Notes: generated by a model from the sequence alone, not told the origin. 64,000 bases of DNA from an uncultured Flavobacteriales bacterium (GCA_913051935.1 CAJXCU010000004.1:3960-67959), one strand, 5' to 3'. Counted from the stretch's first letter, positions 1-10,530 are shown. Translations and numbers: made by a program.

Positions 1-93
1 TGCGGGACTCCCTTTTTGCTTTTTGGCGCAATTGGGCATTAAAAAAGACAAGAAACTACTGGATTCTTTAGACCGTTTACGCTAGCGCTGCCT

Positions 94-1962
94 CTACTTT
101 TCTTTGGTATTGGAAGCCGTATTTTTCTCATTTATCAAGAGCAAAACATTCTTTTTAAGCACATCAACTTCCGCCTTGAGCGCTTTCATATCTTTGTTTG
201 CCTCCTGTAGTGTTTCATTCTCCTTCTCTAAGGCCTGTATTCTTTTGAGCAATGCCTGCGTGGCAGAAACATTGAGCATTGAGATGGCCTGATAATCCAC
301 AGTTCTAAAGTCATCCACTTCTCGTCCGTACACAAATACCTTTCCTGATAGATTTAGGTTCGTTTGAAAGCTTTTCGTATTTGCAGAAACTACGGTCGCA
401 ATTTCTTCTTTGTCTTCAAAAATCAGACGAATACGTTCTCCAATTTTGAGGTTGTTTCGAATTACAATATTTCCTGAGCTGCACTCTGCCAGCATGTATA
501 TATCGGGGATGCAATTTGTTGATTTTGAAACGGACTGAGGGTAGACCTCCTCAAGCTGTTGCGCAATAGCTTTCTTTATTGGCTGATCTCCGTGTGAGGG
601 ATCTATCATATGGTAATCTGTCACCTCTATTTTATTCAAGGTTTCAAGATCTTTTACTGAATTTGAAACACCTTCAATGTTTTTAATCCTTGCGTCAGAA
701 ATTGCATTGAATTCTCCTGCCACGACCCTATGGGTAGCAAAAATGCTTGTATTCAAATTGGTACCCGCTGCGGTACCAAAATTTGGTCCTGTCGCGTAGT
801 AAGTGAAGTTTCCGAAAGGATCAGAGTAGTAACCATTTACATGAAGTAGGCCTTGCGATGGCGTGTTTGTATTGATACCTACACGACCATCTCGAACAAC
901 CAAATCTTGTCCTGCAGTGGCATTGGTCCCGTCTGTAGTTGTAATAAATACAGCATCATATCCATTGAGTCGTAATCCATCTACCGTGGGTTCATACATT
1001 AGAAAATTATCGCCATCTATCGCATCTTTGACTTTGTATTTGAAGGGAGAGCTAATTGCTATGTCACCTGCTACCTCTAATCGTGCATTAGGTACCACAC
1101 CAATACCAACATTCCCCCCCGAATTAAATATGTTGTTGTCATCAACAACCCACTCAGTACCATCCCAAAAGGTTGTATTTCCGATTGCTGTACCATTGGG
1201 TAAAAGTCCATCTTCACCATCCAAACCATTTGTACCTGGAAGGCCCTGGTTGCCCTGAAGCCCTTGTATGCCTTGTTCACCCTGGATTCCCTGTTCGCCC
1301 TGAAGACCTTGTGCTCCTTGTAAACCTTGCGGCCCGATGTCACCCTGAAGTCCCTGTTCTCCTTGTGGCCCTTGAGGACCAGTTTCGCCTTGGAGTCCCT
1401 GTATACCTTGCGGTCCAGCTTCTCCCTGAAGGCCTTGTTCCCCCTGTAGCCCTTGAGGACCAGTTTCGCCTTGAGTTCCTTGTTCACCTTGCTGCCCTGC
1501 CTCTCCTTGAGGACCCTGTGGCCCAGTTTCTCCTTGAATTCCAGGTTCGCCTTGTGGCCCATTACCCGCGGTTTTTGCATACAAAGCATATGGCACACTC
1601 ATTAATTCTTGTGTTCCTATTACCTCATAAGCCGTCCCTCCATTTTCATCTGCAGAAATCTCAATGAAATATGGACCATTGCTCCAGTCAATCGAAGAAA
1701 AGTCACCTGAAATAGATGTGCCTGAGCCTATCACGACATTCACCAACCCAAATTCATTCGTAGAGACATCAAAACTTTCTTCAAAAACAGAAGCTCCATT
1801 TATTGAACCTTGCATAATCACGATTTTTAATCCAATCATAGCATTGGAAATTAAACCACCAGTATTGTCTCTGATTACGGCTTGGTAATTCACTCCTTCT
1901 GGAGCTTGAGCGAAAACTGAGAATTGTGCAAAAAGGATACAGAGGATAAATAATTTTTTCAT
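94..1962 (-). CDS. Secreted collagen-like triple-helix repeat protein with a C-terminal peptidase S74 / intramolecular chaperone (tail-fibre type) domain
   Basis: From ORF 94..2055. The best start is the internal ATG at 1960-1962, which gives signal peptide [20 protein letters not shown]. There are 39 uninterrupted Gly-X-Y triplets. Downstream lies [12 protein letters not shown] (S-D-x-R-x-K, typical start of S74 chaperone domains). The C-terminus is a heptad coiled coil ([33 protein letters not shown]). Confidence 0.8.
   Translation of the reverse strand: MKKLFILCILFAQFSVFAQAPEGVNYQAVIRDNTGGLISNAMIGLKIVIMQGSINGASVFEESFDVSTNEFGLVNVVIGSGTSISGDFSSIDWSNGPYFIEISADENGGTAYEVIGTQELMSVPYALYAKTAGNGPQGEPGIQGETGPQGPQGEAGQQGEQGTQGETGPQGLQGEQGLQGEAGPQGIQGLQGETGPQGPQGEQGLQGDIGPQGLQGAQGLQGEQGIQGEQGIQGLQGNQGLPGTNGLDGEDGLLPNGTAIGNTTFWDGTEWVVDDNNIFNSGGNVGIGVVPNARLEVAGDIAISSPFKYKVKDAIDGDNFLMYEPTVDGLRLNGYDAVFITTTDGTNATAGQDLVVRDGRVGINTNTPSQGLLHVNGYYSDPFGNFTYYATGPNFGTAAGTNLNTSIFATHRVVAGEFNAISDARIKNIEGVSNSVKDLETLNKIEVTDYHMIDPSHGDQPIKKAIAQQLEEVYPQSVSKSTNCIPDIYMLAECSSGNIVIRNNLKIGERIRLIFEDKEEIATVVSANTKSFQTNLNLSGKVFVYGREVDDFRTVDYQAISMLNVSATQALLKRIQALEKENETLQEANKDMKALKAEVDVLKKNVLLLINEKNTASNTKEK
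1210..1560 (-). repeat. Collagen-like Gly-X-Y coding repeat (39 triplets, 9-nt periodic DNA)
   Basis: [28 protein letters not shown]...[12 protein letters not shown], counted directly from the translation. It generates long artefactual ORFs on the other frames and strand. Confidence 0.9.
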
Positions 1963-2085
1963 TTTCTGATTTTTTTTGTGACTCATGGGGGATACTTTTG
2001 GTAAACAGAGCCTATGATTTAAATGTACGGATATTTTATAAAAACCGCACTGCAATATGAAAATTACCTGTTGGATGAGCTAAGA

Positions 2086-3663
2086 CTAAGACAGCTGGTC
2101 GGAAACTAGCTTGTAGGTAGGGTCTTCTAAAACATTTACATCTATAATTTTCTCTGCGTTTTTTAGCAATATTGAGCAGTCTCTGCTCAAATGTTTCAGA
2201 CGTATATTCTTTCCTGCTTTTTTATAACGCTCTGTAAGCTTATTTAATGCTTCAATCGCTGACATATCCACTACACGACTTTCAGCAAAGTCAATAATCA
2301 CCTCTTTTGGGTCACCCTGAATATCAAATTTTTCATTAAAAACGGCAATCGAACCAAAAAACAGTGGCCCATAGATTTCGTAATGCTTCGCCCCGTTTTC
2401 GTCAATATGCTTTCTCGCCCTAATTCTTTTCGCATTGTCCCATGAAAAAACAAGGGCTGCAATAATCACCCCGATAAGCACTGCCAATGCCAAGTTGTGC
2501 AGTAGTACCGTAATTAGAGTTACTGCAAGCATTACGAATACGTCTGATTTTGGCATTCTCTGGAACGTTCTAAAACTCGCCCATTCGAAAGTCCCTATAG
2601 AGACCATAATCATTAAACCTGTCAAGGCTGCCATCGGTAATTTTTCGATTAGACTTGATCCGAACATGATAAAAACCAAAAGCATTATTGCTGCCACAAT
2701 TCCCGAAAGTCTAGCACGTGCTCCAGAGGATATATTGATCAGGCTTTGACCAATCATTGCACAACCCCCCATCCCCGATAGTAGACCTGATAGAATGTTT
2801 GCAGCACCTTGGGCTACAGCCTCTTTGTTTCCTTTTCCTCTTGTTTGTGTGATTTCGTCAATGATGTTTAAGGTCAATAGGCTTTCAATGAGTCCAACTC
2901 CTGCGACTATTGCGGCATATGGAAAGATGAGCTGAAGTGTTTCAAAAGAAAATGGGATATTGGGTAAACTGAAAGGAGGAAAACCACCTTCAATGGAAGC
3001 TATATCTCCGACAGTGGTGGTAGGTATATCAAAAATGTATACGATCGCAAATATTACTAGTATTGACGTTAAAGCCGCTGGTACAACCTTCGTAATTTTG
3101 GGTAATCCCCAAATGATGAGCATGGCTGTGGTTACCAAACCTATAAAAACATGTAGCTCTGGGCCTGACATCCAGGGTGCTTCAGGATTTGTACTATCCG
3201 TAGTAAATTGACTCAGCTGGGATAGAAATATAATCACCGCAAGGCCATTGACAAATCCAAAGATAACTGGTTGAGGAACGAGTCTCATGAATTTACCGAG
3301 CTTTAAAAGCCCGGCTAAAATTTGTATTATGCCTGCCAGAACAACTGTTGCAAAAACATATTGAGTGATTTCGTCCACCGTAATACTTGGGTTGAGCCCC
3401 CTTAATGTTGTTACCAATCCAAAAAAGACAACTGCAATTGCACCCGTTGCACCAGAGATCATACCTGGTCTTCCTCCAAAAATCGCGGTAATAATTCCCA
3501 TAATAAAAGCGGCGTACAAACCTGTTAGTGGCGAAAGTCCTGCAATCAAGGCAAATGCCACTGCTTCGGGAATTAATGCCATTGCAACTGTGAGTCCAGA
3601 GAGTACCTCTGTTCGATAATTAACTTTTTGTTTTAAATCGAATAGATTAAGGTATTTGTGCAT
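2086..3663 (-). CDS. SulP family inorganic anion (sulfate) transporter with a C-terminal STAS domain
   Basis: 525 aa and multi-TM. The N-terminus LSGLTVAMALIPEAVAFALIAGLSP is typical of SulP. The C-terminal soluble region (YEIYGPLFFGS...VVDMSAIEALNKL) is STAS-like. Confidence 0.85.
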   Translation of the reverse strand: MHKYLNLFDLKQKVNYRTEVLSGLTVAMALIPEAVAFALIAGLSPLTGLYAAFIMGIITAIFGGRPGMISGATGAIAVVFFGLVTTLRGLNPSITVDEITQYVFATVVLAGIIQILAGLLKLGKFMRLVPQPVIFGFVNGLAVIIFLSQLSQFTTDSTNPEAPWMSGPELHVFIGLVTTAMLIIWGLPKITKVVPAALTSILVIFAIVYIFDIPTTTVGDIASIEGGFPPFSLPNIPFSFETLQLIFPYAAIVAGVGLIESLLTLNIIDEITQTRGKGNKEAVAQGAANILSGLLSGMGGCAMIGQSLINISSGARARLSGIVAAIMLLVFIMFGSSLIEKLPMAALTGLMIMVSIGTFEWASFRTFQRMPKSDVFVMLAVTLITVLLHNLALAVLIGVIIAALVFSWDNAKRIRARKHIDENGAKHYEIYGPLFFGSIAVFNEKFDIQGDPKEVIIDFAESRVVDMSAIEALNKLTERYKKAGKNIRLKHLSRDCSILLKNAEKIIDVNVLEDPTYKLVSDQLS

Positions 3664-3773
3664 TATTCGTGGTCTTGGAAATTATTTTAAAAGGTGGCAA
3701 AAATACCATTTAATCTATGGTTTAGAGAATTATAAAGAACTATTCTTATAAATTCGCATTCAATTCAAATGCG

Positions 3774-5639
3774 ATGAACTTTCTTTCTGTAGAAAACCTG
3801 ACTAAATCTTTCGGTGACAGACTACTTTTTTCCGATGTGTCATTTGGGATTGATCAAGGCCAAAAAGTGGCAATCGTAGCTAAGAACGGAGCCGGTAAAA
3901 CAACCCTACTGAATTGCCTGATGGGAAAAGAATCAAAAGATAGTGGGAATATTGTTTTTCGAAATGACCTGCAAATGGCATTTATGGAGCAGGCCGAGAA
4001 CTTACCAATGGATAAGACCATAGATGAGGTCATCTACGACCACAGCTCTCCAAAGCTGAGGTTGATAAAATCGTACAATGAGGCACTCGAAAAAAATGAT
4101 GAAGAGGCCTTATCAAACCTTTTTCAGGAATTAACCGACCATGATGCTTGGGAGCTTGAAAGTCAGGTAAAGCAATTTTTATCCGTTTTTAAACTCGAAA
4201 ATATAAATCAAACTATAGGTCAGCTTTCAGGCGGACAAAAAAAGAGAATAACCCTAATTAAGGTTTTGCTCTCTGATGCGGATTTTTTGCTCTTAGATGA
4301 GCCAACCAACCACCTTGATTTAGATATGATTGAATGGCTAGAGAGCTATTTGTCAAATTCAAAATCAACATTGCTAATGGTGACGCACGATAGATACTTT
4401 TTAGAGGTAGTTTGTGATACGATATTGGAGCTTTCAAATGAAACTTTATATAAATACAAGGGCAACTTCTCATATTATTTGACAAAAAAAGCGGAGCGAG
4501 AAGAACAACTGCAATCCACGGTTGAGAAAGCGCGCAATACATTTAGAAAAGAACTCGAATGGATAAGAAGACAGCCTAAGGCTAGGGGAACAAAACAAAA
4601 AGCACGTATCGAGTCTTTTCATGAGGTTAAAAAAGTAGCGTCTACCAATTTGACTGAAGAAGAATTGGAGCTGCCAATAAAAATGGAGCGTTTAGGCTCT
4701 AAAATTGTCGAGTTTCATAAGGTTTCTAAGGCATTCGATAAGAAAAAAATATTGTCCAGCTTCTCCTACAATGTTCAAAGAAAAGAGCGTCTTGGTATTG
4801 TCGGTAACAATGGAACAGGGAAAACGACATTTTTAAAGATTCTGATGGGGGAGGAACCGATTGATGCTGGAAAGGTGGTTGTCGGAGATACTGTTGTCTT
4901 TGGTCATTTTAGCCAAGAGCTTCAGCCCGTGGATCCTGATTACAAGGTGATTGACGTCGTGAAAGAGGTTGCTGAATTTATTCCCTTAGAGAAAGGAAAG
5001 CAGTTATCAGCGGCACAGCTTTTAGAGCGCTTTTTATTTCCTAGAAGTATGCATTATAACTTTGTGAGAAAGCTAAGTGGTGGCGAAAGGCGAAGATTGA
5101 AGCTACTCAGAGTACTCATGTCCAATCCGAACTTTTTGATTTTAGACGAACCCACAAATGACCTAGATATATTTGCGATGGCCGTTCTTGAGGAATATTT
5201 ACGAAATTTTCAAGGATGTCTCATCGTAGTTTCTCATGATAGATATTTTATGGATAAAATGGTGGATCATTTGTTCGTTTTTGAATCAGAAGGACAGATT
5301 GCGGATGTGATTGGAAATTACACAACGTATCGAAAAAAGCAAAAACTTAGGCTTAAGAATACCAAATCAGCAAATCCGTTAGTCAATAAAAAGGTAAATA
5401 ATGATTCTGAATCGAGTCGTGTCAAAACAAAACTATCATTCAAGGAGAAAGCAGAGTTTGATGCTCTTGAAAAGGAGATAGAGCGATTGGAGCTCGCTAA
5501 AATCAAGTATACCAATCAACTTTCTAATGGTGATTTAGATGGGGATCAATTATTCGAAACTGGTAATAAATTGGCAGAGGTGGTGGAAGCTATAGAGCTA
5601 AAAACAAATCGTTGGTTGGAGCTTTCGGAGTTTCAATAG
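3774..5639 (+). CDS. ABC-F family ATPase (Uup/EttA-like, two ABC domains, no TM)
   Basis: Two Walker A motifs (AKNGAGKTT, GNNGTGKTT). Two signature motifs (LSGGQKKR, LSGGERRR). Two Walker B motifs (LLLDEPTNHLD, LILDEPTNDLD). C-terminal coiled-coil tail. Confidence 0.9.
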   Translation: MNFLSVENLTKSFGDRLLFSDVSFGIDQGQKVAIVAKNGAGKTTLLNCLMGKESKDSGNIVFRNDLQMAFMEQAENLPMDKTIDEVIYDHSSPKLRLIKSYNEALEKNDEEALSNLFQELTDHDAWELESQVKQFLSVFKLENINQTIGQLSGGQKKRITLIKVLLSDADFLLLDEPTNHLDLDMIEWLESYLSNSKSTLLMVTHDRYFLEVVCDTILELSNETLYKYKGNFSYYLTKKAEREEQLQSTVEKARNTFRKELEWIRRQPKARGTKQKARIESFHEVKKVASTNLTEEELELPIKMERLGSKIVEFHKVSKAFDKKKILSSFSYNVQRKERLGIVGNNGTGKTTFLKILMGEEPIDAGKVVVGDTVVFGHFSQELQPVDPDYKVIDVVKEVAEFIPLEKGKQLSAAQLLERFLFPRSMHYNFVRKLSGGERRRLKLLRVLMSNPNFLILDEPTNDLDIFAMAVLEEYLRNFQGCLIVVSHDRYFMDKMVDHLFVFESEGQIADVIGNYTTYRKKQKLRLKNTKSANPLVNKKVNNDSESSRVKTKLSFKEKAEFDALEKEIERLELAKIKYTNQLSNGDLDGDQLFETGNKLAEVVEAIELKTNRWLELSEFQ

Positions 5640-5810
5640 TAAAGTATCTTCTGCAAGTAAATGCATGAATGATAAATTTGATTTACTCATTTCGAGCAGC
5701 ATAATTTGTTGTATGGTTACTTTTTTTAAAAAAAAATCAAGAAATTCCCCTGCTTCGTGCAACTTTTTCTTCATTTGGTATGTCTATGAGTTGAATGGTA
5801 TAAAAGTTTA

Positions 5811-7748
5811 GTGAAAAATTTACCCAACATATTATCTTTTTTTAACGGGCTTGCACCCGCAATGCTAACTTTTTTAGCGATGTTTTTTGTATCAGATGCA
5901 AGCGCAACGGTATATACTTCAATTTCTGACGGGCAATACGATAATTGTAATATTTGGGACAACGGATGCGCACCTAATGAAATTCTGATGGGTGATACGG
6001 TTATTATTAACCATGATGTTGAGGCCTCATCTTCCATGGAAATCGGTGGTGTTTTGATTATTAACAGTACTGGAGAATTGTCTCTAGTAAATGACGTTGA
6101 GCTATTTCAATCTGGATTCTTAACTGTAGATGGTTCATTATCCATTTTGGCTGAATTGGATATGCAAGGAACAATGTACAATTCAGGGCTATCGATCATA
6201 GAAAGTTTTCTCAATCAAGGTTACGTTTGTAATTCAGGAACGATAAAATCTTCAGATTTGATGTATATTCAAGGGGGGCATGTTGAATGTGGAGGAACAC
6301 TTTTAACCTGTGAATTAGACATGAACAGCTATAACGGGGCCACAGCGGTTACCGGTTCTCCTGCGGCTGAGCTCAATGATCAAAACGTTTGCTGCGAAAA
6401 TTCGAGTGACCCAAATCCCTTTGATAATTTAAACGGCAGCTGGTTGATAGATTCTGTTTCTGTACAAATCTGTGGGGAACCATTGATCCCTTCAGCGGGA
6501 CAAGATTCTTCTTTGGCTGTTTGTAGCAATGGTGTTACTCAGGTGGACCTTTACACTTTACTATCTTCTGATGCCAGTGCACTCGGAGGATTTGCTGAAA
6601 CCTCCGCGTCTGGTGCATTCAATCCTTTAACAGGAATTTTAACAATCAATGGTCTAAATTCTGGGACATATACATTTATCTATACAGTAAATGGTTATAT
6701 GGGTGTGAATGATGTATCGAATTTTACGATAACTATAAATCCGACACTTAACGTGACCGAAAATATTGAGCTGTGTTCAAATGCATTTCCTTTCGAATGG
6801 AATGGCATTACAATAACTGAAGCCGGAACCTCGAGTGTGAACTTAATCAGTGCTGTCACAGGCTGTGACTCAATAGTGACCCTAAACACCTCAGTCCTTC
6901 CAACGAGCTCATCGTCTGAAACCGTTGCAATCTGTGAAAATGACCTCCCATATGAATGGAACGGTTTAACGATTGGACAAGCCGGTTCTGAGTCGGTTGT
7001 TTTAACCAGTTCTGTAAACGGTTGTGATTCGATTGTGACATTAAATTTATTGGTCAATGCCATTCCAACAAGCTCCATAGATACGCTTGTCTGTGCCTCT
7101 CAATTTCCATTTTCGTGGAATGGCTTATCAATAAATGATTTTGGCGCTTATGAATTTGTATCAACTGCTGCGAATGGCTGTGATTCAATTGCCAATCTAT
7201 CTGTCTCGGAAAATCAGTTGTCGGCGCCATTGGTTTATTCTATTGGCTCTGTAGCTTGTCCTAAAGATTTGGTCTTTTTTGAGGTCACAGATGAGAATAC
7301 AAATGCCGTTTATGAATGGTTTGGCCCCAACAGTTTTTCATCTTCTGAAGTTTCAAACGAATTTGAATTAACATCAAATATGGTCGGCACCTATGGTGTT
7401 TCCTATACCTTAAACGGTTGTTCTTCAGTAACCACGTATATCAATTTAGATATTGATAATACGTTTGACTACCAATCATTTGAATTCCCGAATTTTATTA
7501 CGGCAAACGGGGACGGTATAAATGATGAAATAAATATTGAGGATTTTGTTGGTCCATGTGCCCAGTTTACGCTTACGATTAGGGATAGGTGGGGAAGTGA
7601 AGTATTCCGTCAGGAGCGTGGCGAAGGCTCTTTTAAAGGGCTTTCTGTTGATGACCGGCAACTTCCCGACGGCGTTTACTTTTACAAATTGGTTTTCGAT
7701 CAAGACGAAGATGTCTCAGGTTTCTTACATATTATTCGGGGGCAGTAA
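5811..7748 (+). CDS. Secreted adhesin-like protein with a type-B T9SS (gliding motility-associated) C-terminal domain
   Basis: C-terminus FPNFITANGDGINDE...IRDRWGSEVF...DGVYFYKLVF matches the type-B CTD pattern. Hydrophobic N-terminal signal. GTG start at 5811 as given by the ORF track; an ATG at 5862 is an alternative. Confidence 0.75.
   Translation: MKNLPNILSFFNGLAPAMLTFLAMFFVSDASATVYTSISDGQYDNCNIWDNGCAPNEILMGDTVIINHDVEASSSMEIGGVLIINSTGELSLVNDVELFQSGFLTVDGSLSILAELDMQGTMYNSGLSIIESFLNQGYVCNSGTIKSSDLMYIQGGHVECGGTLLTCELDMNSYNGATAVTGSPAAELNDQNVCCENSSDPNPFDNLNGSWLIDSVSVQICGEPLIPSAGQDSSLAVCSNGVTQVDLYTLLSSDASALGGFAETSASGAFNPLTGILTINGLNSGTYTFIYTVNGYMGVNDVSNFTITINPTLNVTENIELCSNAFPFEWNGITITEAGTSSVNLISAVTGCDSIVTLNTSVLPTSSSSETVAICENDLPYEWNGLTIGQAGSESVVLTSSVNGCDSIVTLNLLVNAIPTSSIDTLVCASQFPFSWNGLSINDFGAYEFVSTAANGCDSIANLSVSENQLSAPLVYSIGSVACPKDLVFFEVTDENTNAVYEWFGPNSFSSSEVSNEFELTSNMVGTYGVSYTLNGCSSVTTYINLDIDNTFDYQSFEFPNFITANGDGINDEINIEDFVGPCAQFTLTIRDRWGSEVFRQERGEGSFKGLSVDDRQLPDGVYFYKLVFDQDEDVSGFLHIIRGQ
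6774..7208 (+). repeat. Three tandem Cys-bounded repeats of about 50 aa inside the T9SS cargo protein
   Basis: The pattern C-x4-(F/L)P(F/Y)-x-WNG-x(~20)-GCDSI-x-(T/N)L occurs three times: CSNAFPFEWNG..GCDSIVTLN, CENDLPYEWNG..GCDSIVTLN, CASQFPFSWNG..GCDSIANLS. Confidence 0.8.
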
Positions 7749-7914
7749 ATCATCAGGTATTACTTTTTGAATTTCATATTTCTTTGACTAGTGTTTAATT
7801 GGTCTGCATTAGACTTATCCTGAATTGGCTTCAATTTTTTTTTAATTTAGTACAACTAATAGGTTGATACTTTGTCTTTATTGTAGAGTGACTAGAGCGA
7901 TTGCACAGATTTTA

Positions 7915-9912
7915 ATGAACGGTATTGCCGGCTTTTCAAGTCGTGCGTCATTTCTATTTTTGGCATTTATGTGCTTTTTCTTTTCAATTATTGCGCAAAA
8001 TTCGTTAAGCACTGAGGGTTTTGGCCAAAAATGGGTCAATATAAATGATTTAGACATTAGCGGCAGCCAAATTACAATTGAAGCATTTGTTCGGCGTCAG
8101 AATAGCAGCAATATGAATATCGTATCCAAGCATGACGGAACTGCCGATTGTAATTATTTGTTTCGCCCTAATAGCTTTCAAATTTCAACTACTGATGGTT
8201 TCGAATTTGTTTTAAACCCAATTTCTTTGTCTAATAACATTTGGTATCATGTGGCAGGCACATATGATGGTCAAGCCATTAAATACTATGTGAATGGTTG
8301 TTTGGTTAGTGAAACGCCACATACAGGCTCGTTGATTACAAACGATTGGGCTGCTGCTATTGGTAATCGTTCGAATTGGCCCAATGGTCCCGAACATTTT
8401 CGAGGAAAAATAGATGAGGTACGTATATGGGATGTGGCGCGTACTCAAGAACAGATCAATTTAAATATGAATTCACTTGTGAACCCTTTAACAGAGCCTA
8501 ATCTCCGGGCATATTATCGCTTCGATAGCGATTATGTCAATGTCCAAGGAAATGCAGCTTATGATGGTACGCCGGTAGGTTCTCCTGCTTTTGATGTGCC
8601 TCCACCTGTTTTTATTCCATTCACCATTGTAACTGTTTTAGGAACTGACTTGAGCTGTTACGAGGCAGGAGATGGTGAGATTAATATTGTAACCACGGGC
8701 AATAATGTCGAATATTCAATTGACGGCATTAATTATTCTATAAATGCCAATTTTACTGGGCTGAGTGCAGGTACATATACGGTTTATGCTCGCTCGGGCT
8801 CTTGTGAGGAAACGGCTGTCATTTCTTTATTGCAACCAGATCAAATTCCGACACCAGAAATTATTGTGAATGCTCCTATCTGTGCATCCGACAGTCTCAC
8901 ATTATTCACGAATGTTGTGGCCGGTGCATCTTACTTTTGGAACGGTCCTGCCGGTTTCTCCTTTGATGGGAATGAGACAGTAATAAATAACTTAGACCTT
9001 TCGAATGCAGGAACATACTCTGTTTATCTTGAGGTCGGCGGATGTTACAGTGACACGGCAAGTGCCGAAATAGTAGTCAATGAATCATACGACATTAGTC
9101 TTGTTGAAACCATTTGCTCGAATGAAACATTCACCTTTGGTCCAGATGAATTAACTACATCAGGAACATATGTTCAAAATTTACTGTCCTCTGCAGGATG
9201 TGATTCTATCGTGCAATTAGAACTTACGGTTAATCCTGCCTACAGCATTGTCATAGATACAAGTCTTTGTGAGGGCGAGTCGATTACATTTGAGGGGCTT
9301 ACAATGAACAGCACTGGTTCGTATCCCTTCAATTTATTCACTTCATTGGGTTGTGACTCAATCATAACTTATGAACTGATTGTCCATCCTATTCCTGATC
9401 CCCCGTCTGTTTATACAAATAGCCCTCTATCATGTCCAGGAGATGTTTTTGAGGTTTCAATAGCAGCCGTTGAGGATGGTTTTTACGAATGGAATGGTCC
9501 TAACAACTACTTTTCGGATGCAGAAGGTTTCACATTTGAAGCATATCCTGAAAATATTGGCGAATATGTCGTTTCAGTTTCCATAAATGGCTGTATTTCT
9601 CCCATTTCATCAGCAGAATTAGATATTCTTAATATTTATTCATTCGAAGATGCGGACTTACCTAATGTTTTTACACCCAACGACCAAGGGCCAAACGAAA
9701 TTTTTGATTTACAGGCCTATTTCAAGACATGTGAACCATACGAGGTGTTTTATTTCGATAGGTGGGGTAATGTCGTTTATAGGCACAAACAGAATGAGGT
9801 TCCTTTCTCGGGAGAATCTCTAGATGGATCTGAATTAATGGAAGGAGTATATATGTATAAATTGGTGCTCGCGGATAGCCAAAAACAAGGCTTTCTTCAC
9901 CTCATTCGATAG
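7915..9912 (+). CDS. Secreted LamG (concanavalin A-like lectin) domain protein with SprB-like/Ig-like repeats and a type-B T9SS C-terminal domain
   Basis: LamG_3-like block (ITIEAFVRRQ...WYHVAGTYDGQAIKYYVNG...FRGKIDEVRIWDVARTQEQI). Two C..GCDSI repeats at about 9115-9390. CTD is LPNVFTPNDQGPNE...FDRWGNVVY...EGVYMYKLVL. I prefer the ATG at 7915 (MNGIAGFSSRASFLFLAFMCFFFSIIAQ) over the TTG at 7864. Confidence 0.75.
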   Translation: MNGIAGFSSRASFLFLAFMCFFFSIIAQNSLSTEGFGQKWVNINDLDISGSQITIEAFVRRQNSSNMNIVSKHDGTADCNYLFRPNSFQISTTDGFEFVLNPISLSNNIWYHVAGTYDGQAIKYYVNGCLVSETPHTGSLITNDWAAAIGNRSNWPNGPEHFRGKIDEVRIWDVARTQEQINLNMNSLVNPLTEPNLRAYYRFDSDYVNVQGNAAYDGTPVGSPAFDVPPPVFIPFTIVTVLGTDLSCYEAGDGEINIVTTGNNVEYSIDGINYSINANFTGLSAGTYTVYARSGSCEETAVISLLQPDQIPTPEIIVNAPICASDSLTLFTNVVAGASYFWNGPAGFSFDGNETVINNLDLSNAGTYSVYLEVGGCYSDTASAEIVVNESYDISLVETICSNETFTFGPDELTTSGTYVQNLLSSAGCDSIVQLELTVNPAYSIVIDTSLCEGESITFEGLTMNSTGSYPFNLFTSLGCDSIITYELIVHPIPDPPSVYTNSPLSCPGDVFEVSIAAVEDGFYEWNGPNNYFSDAEGFTFEAYPENIGEYVVSVSINGCISPISSAELDILNIYSFEDADLPNVFTPNDQGPNEIFDLQAYFKTCEPYEVFYFDRWGNVVYRHKQNEVPFSGESLDGSELMEGVYMYKLVLADSQKQGFLHLIR

Positions 9913-10530
9913 CTAAAGGAATAAATCAACGTCTTCAAGTCTCCGATCATTTGTAAAGTGAAGGGTTTTTATTTTTGCCTTTTCTGCGCCGCGAATGTGC
10001 TGAGGTGAATCTTCGATAAATAAGACCTCTCCTGAGGAGTACCCCATGTCATTTAAAACCCATTCAAACGTTTCTAGATGAGGTTTTCTTTTGCCGATAA
10101 TATGAGAGTAGTAGCATTTTTTAAATAACAATTCGAGATTTTTGAAAGGGACTTGTTGCAAAAGAGTTTGGATGTATTCAAGGTGAATTTCATTGGTATT
10201 GCTCAGTAAATAGCACGGTATTTTTTCACTGTATCTTTTTATTTGCTCTAGTTTAGATTTTTCAAATCCTAAAATCATTGCATTCCAGGCTTCTTTTATT
10301 TTAGATTGTGAGACTTTCTGGGGTATTTTTTCTTGAAGTAAGCTAATAAATTCATCTCCGGATATAGATCCTATCTCAAATTCGTCAAAGATTTTACTTT
10401 GATTAAATTGATTATAAAGGTGTTCTGCATCTTCTAAACCGATGGCCTCAAAAGCCTCTATGGTTTTATTGTAATCTAGGTCAACTATTACGCCGCCGAG
10501 ATCAAAAAGAAGTGCACTGATTCGTTTCAT
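9913..10530 (-). CDS. HAD superfamily hydrolase (subfamily IA-like phosphatase)
   Basis: N-terminal motif I LLFDLGGVIVDL. Motif II LLSNTN. C-terminal FIEDSPQHIRGA (motif IV-like). Confidence 0.7.
   Translation of the reverse strand: MKRISALLFDLGGVIVDLDYNKTIEAFEAIGLEDAEHLYNQFNQSKIFDEFEIGSISGDEFISLLQEKIPQKVSQSKIKEAWNAMILGFEKSKLEQIKRYSEKIPCYLLSNTNEIHLEYIQTLLQQVPFKNLELLFKKCYYSHIIGKRKPHLETFEWVLNDMGYSSGEVLFIEDSPQHIRGAEKAKIKTLHFTNDRRLEDVDLFL

Noticed and set aside
1210-1560. Possible CRISPR or minisatellite because of short periodic repeats
   Set aside because: The period is 9 nt and in-frame with a collagen-like protein. There is no repeat-spacer organisation of 25-40 nt units and there are no cas genes in the window.
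863-1667. Long ORFs (863..1258 +, 1077..1598 -, 1173..1667 +) overlapping the collagen-repeat region
   Set aside because: They are frame and strand shadows of the 9-nt periodic Gly-X-Y coding repeat. Their low-complexity Pro/Leu/Val or Lys/Arg-rich translations have no starts with signals or motifs. The 94..1962 frame has clear domain content.
94-5639. Prophage call based on the tail-fibre-type S74 domain
   Set aside because: No capsid, terminase, portal, baseplate, integrase or lysis genes are visible. The neighbours are SulP and ABC-F housekeeping genes. Only the window-edge side remains untested.
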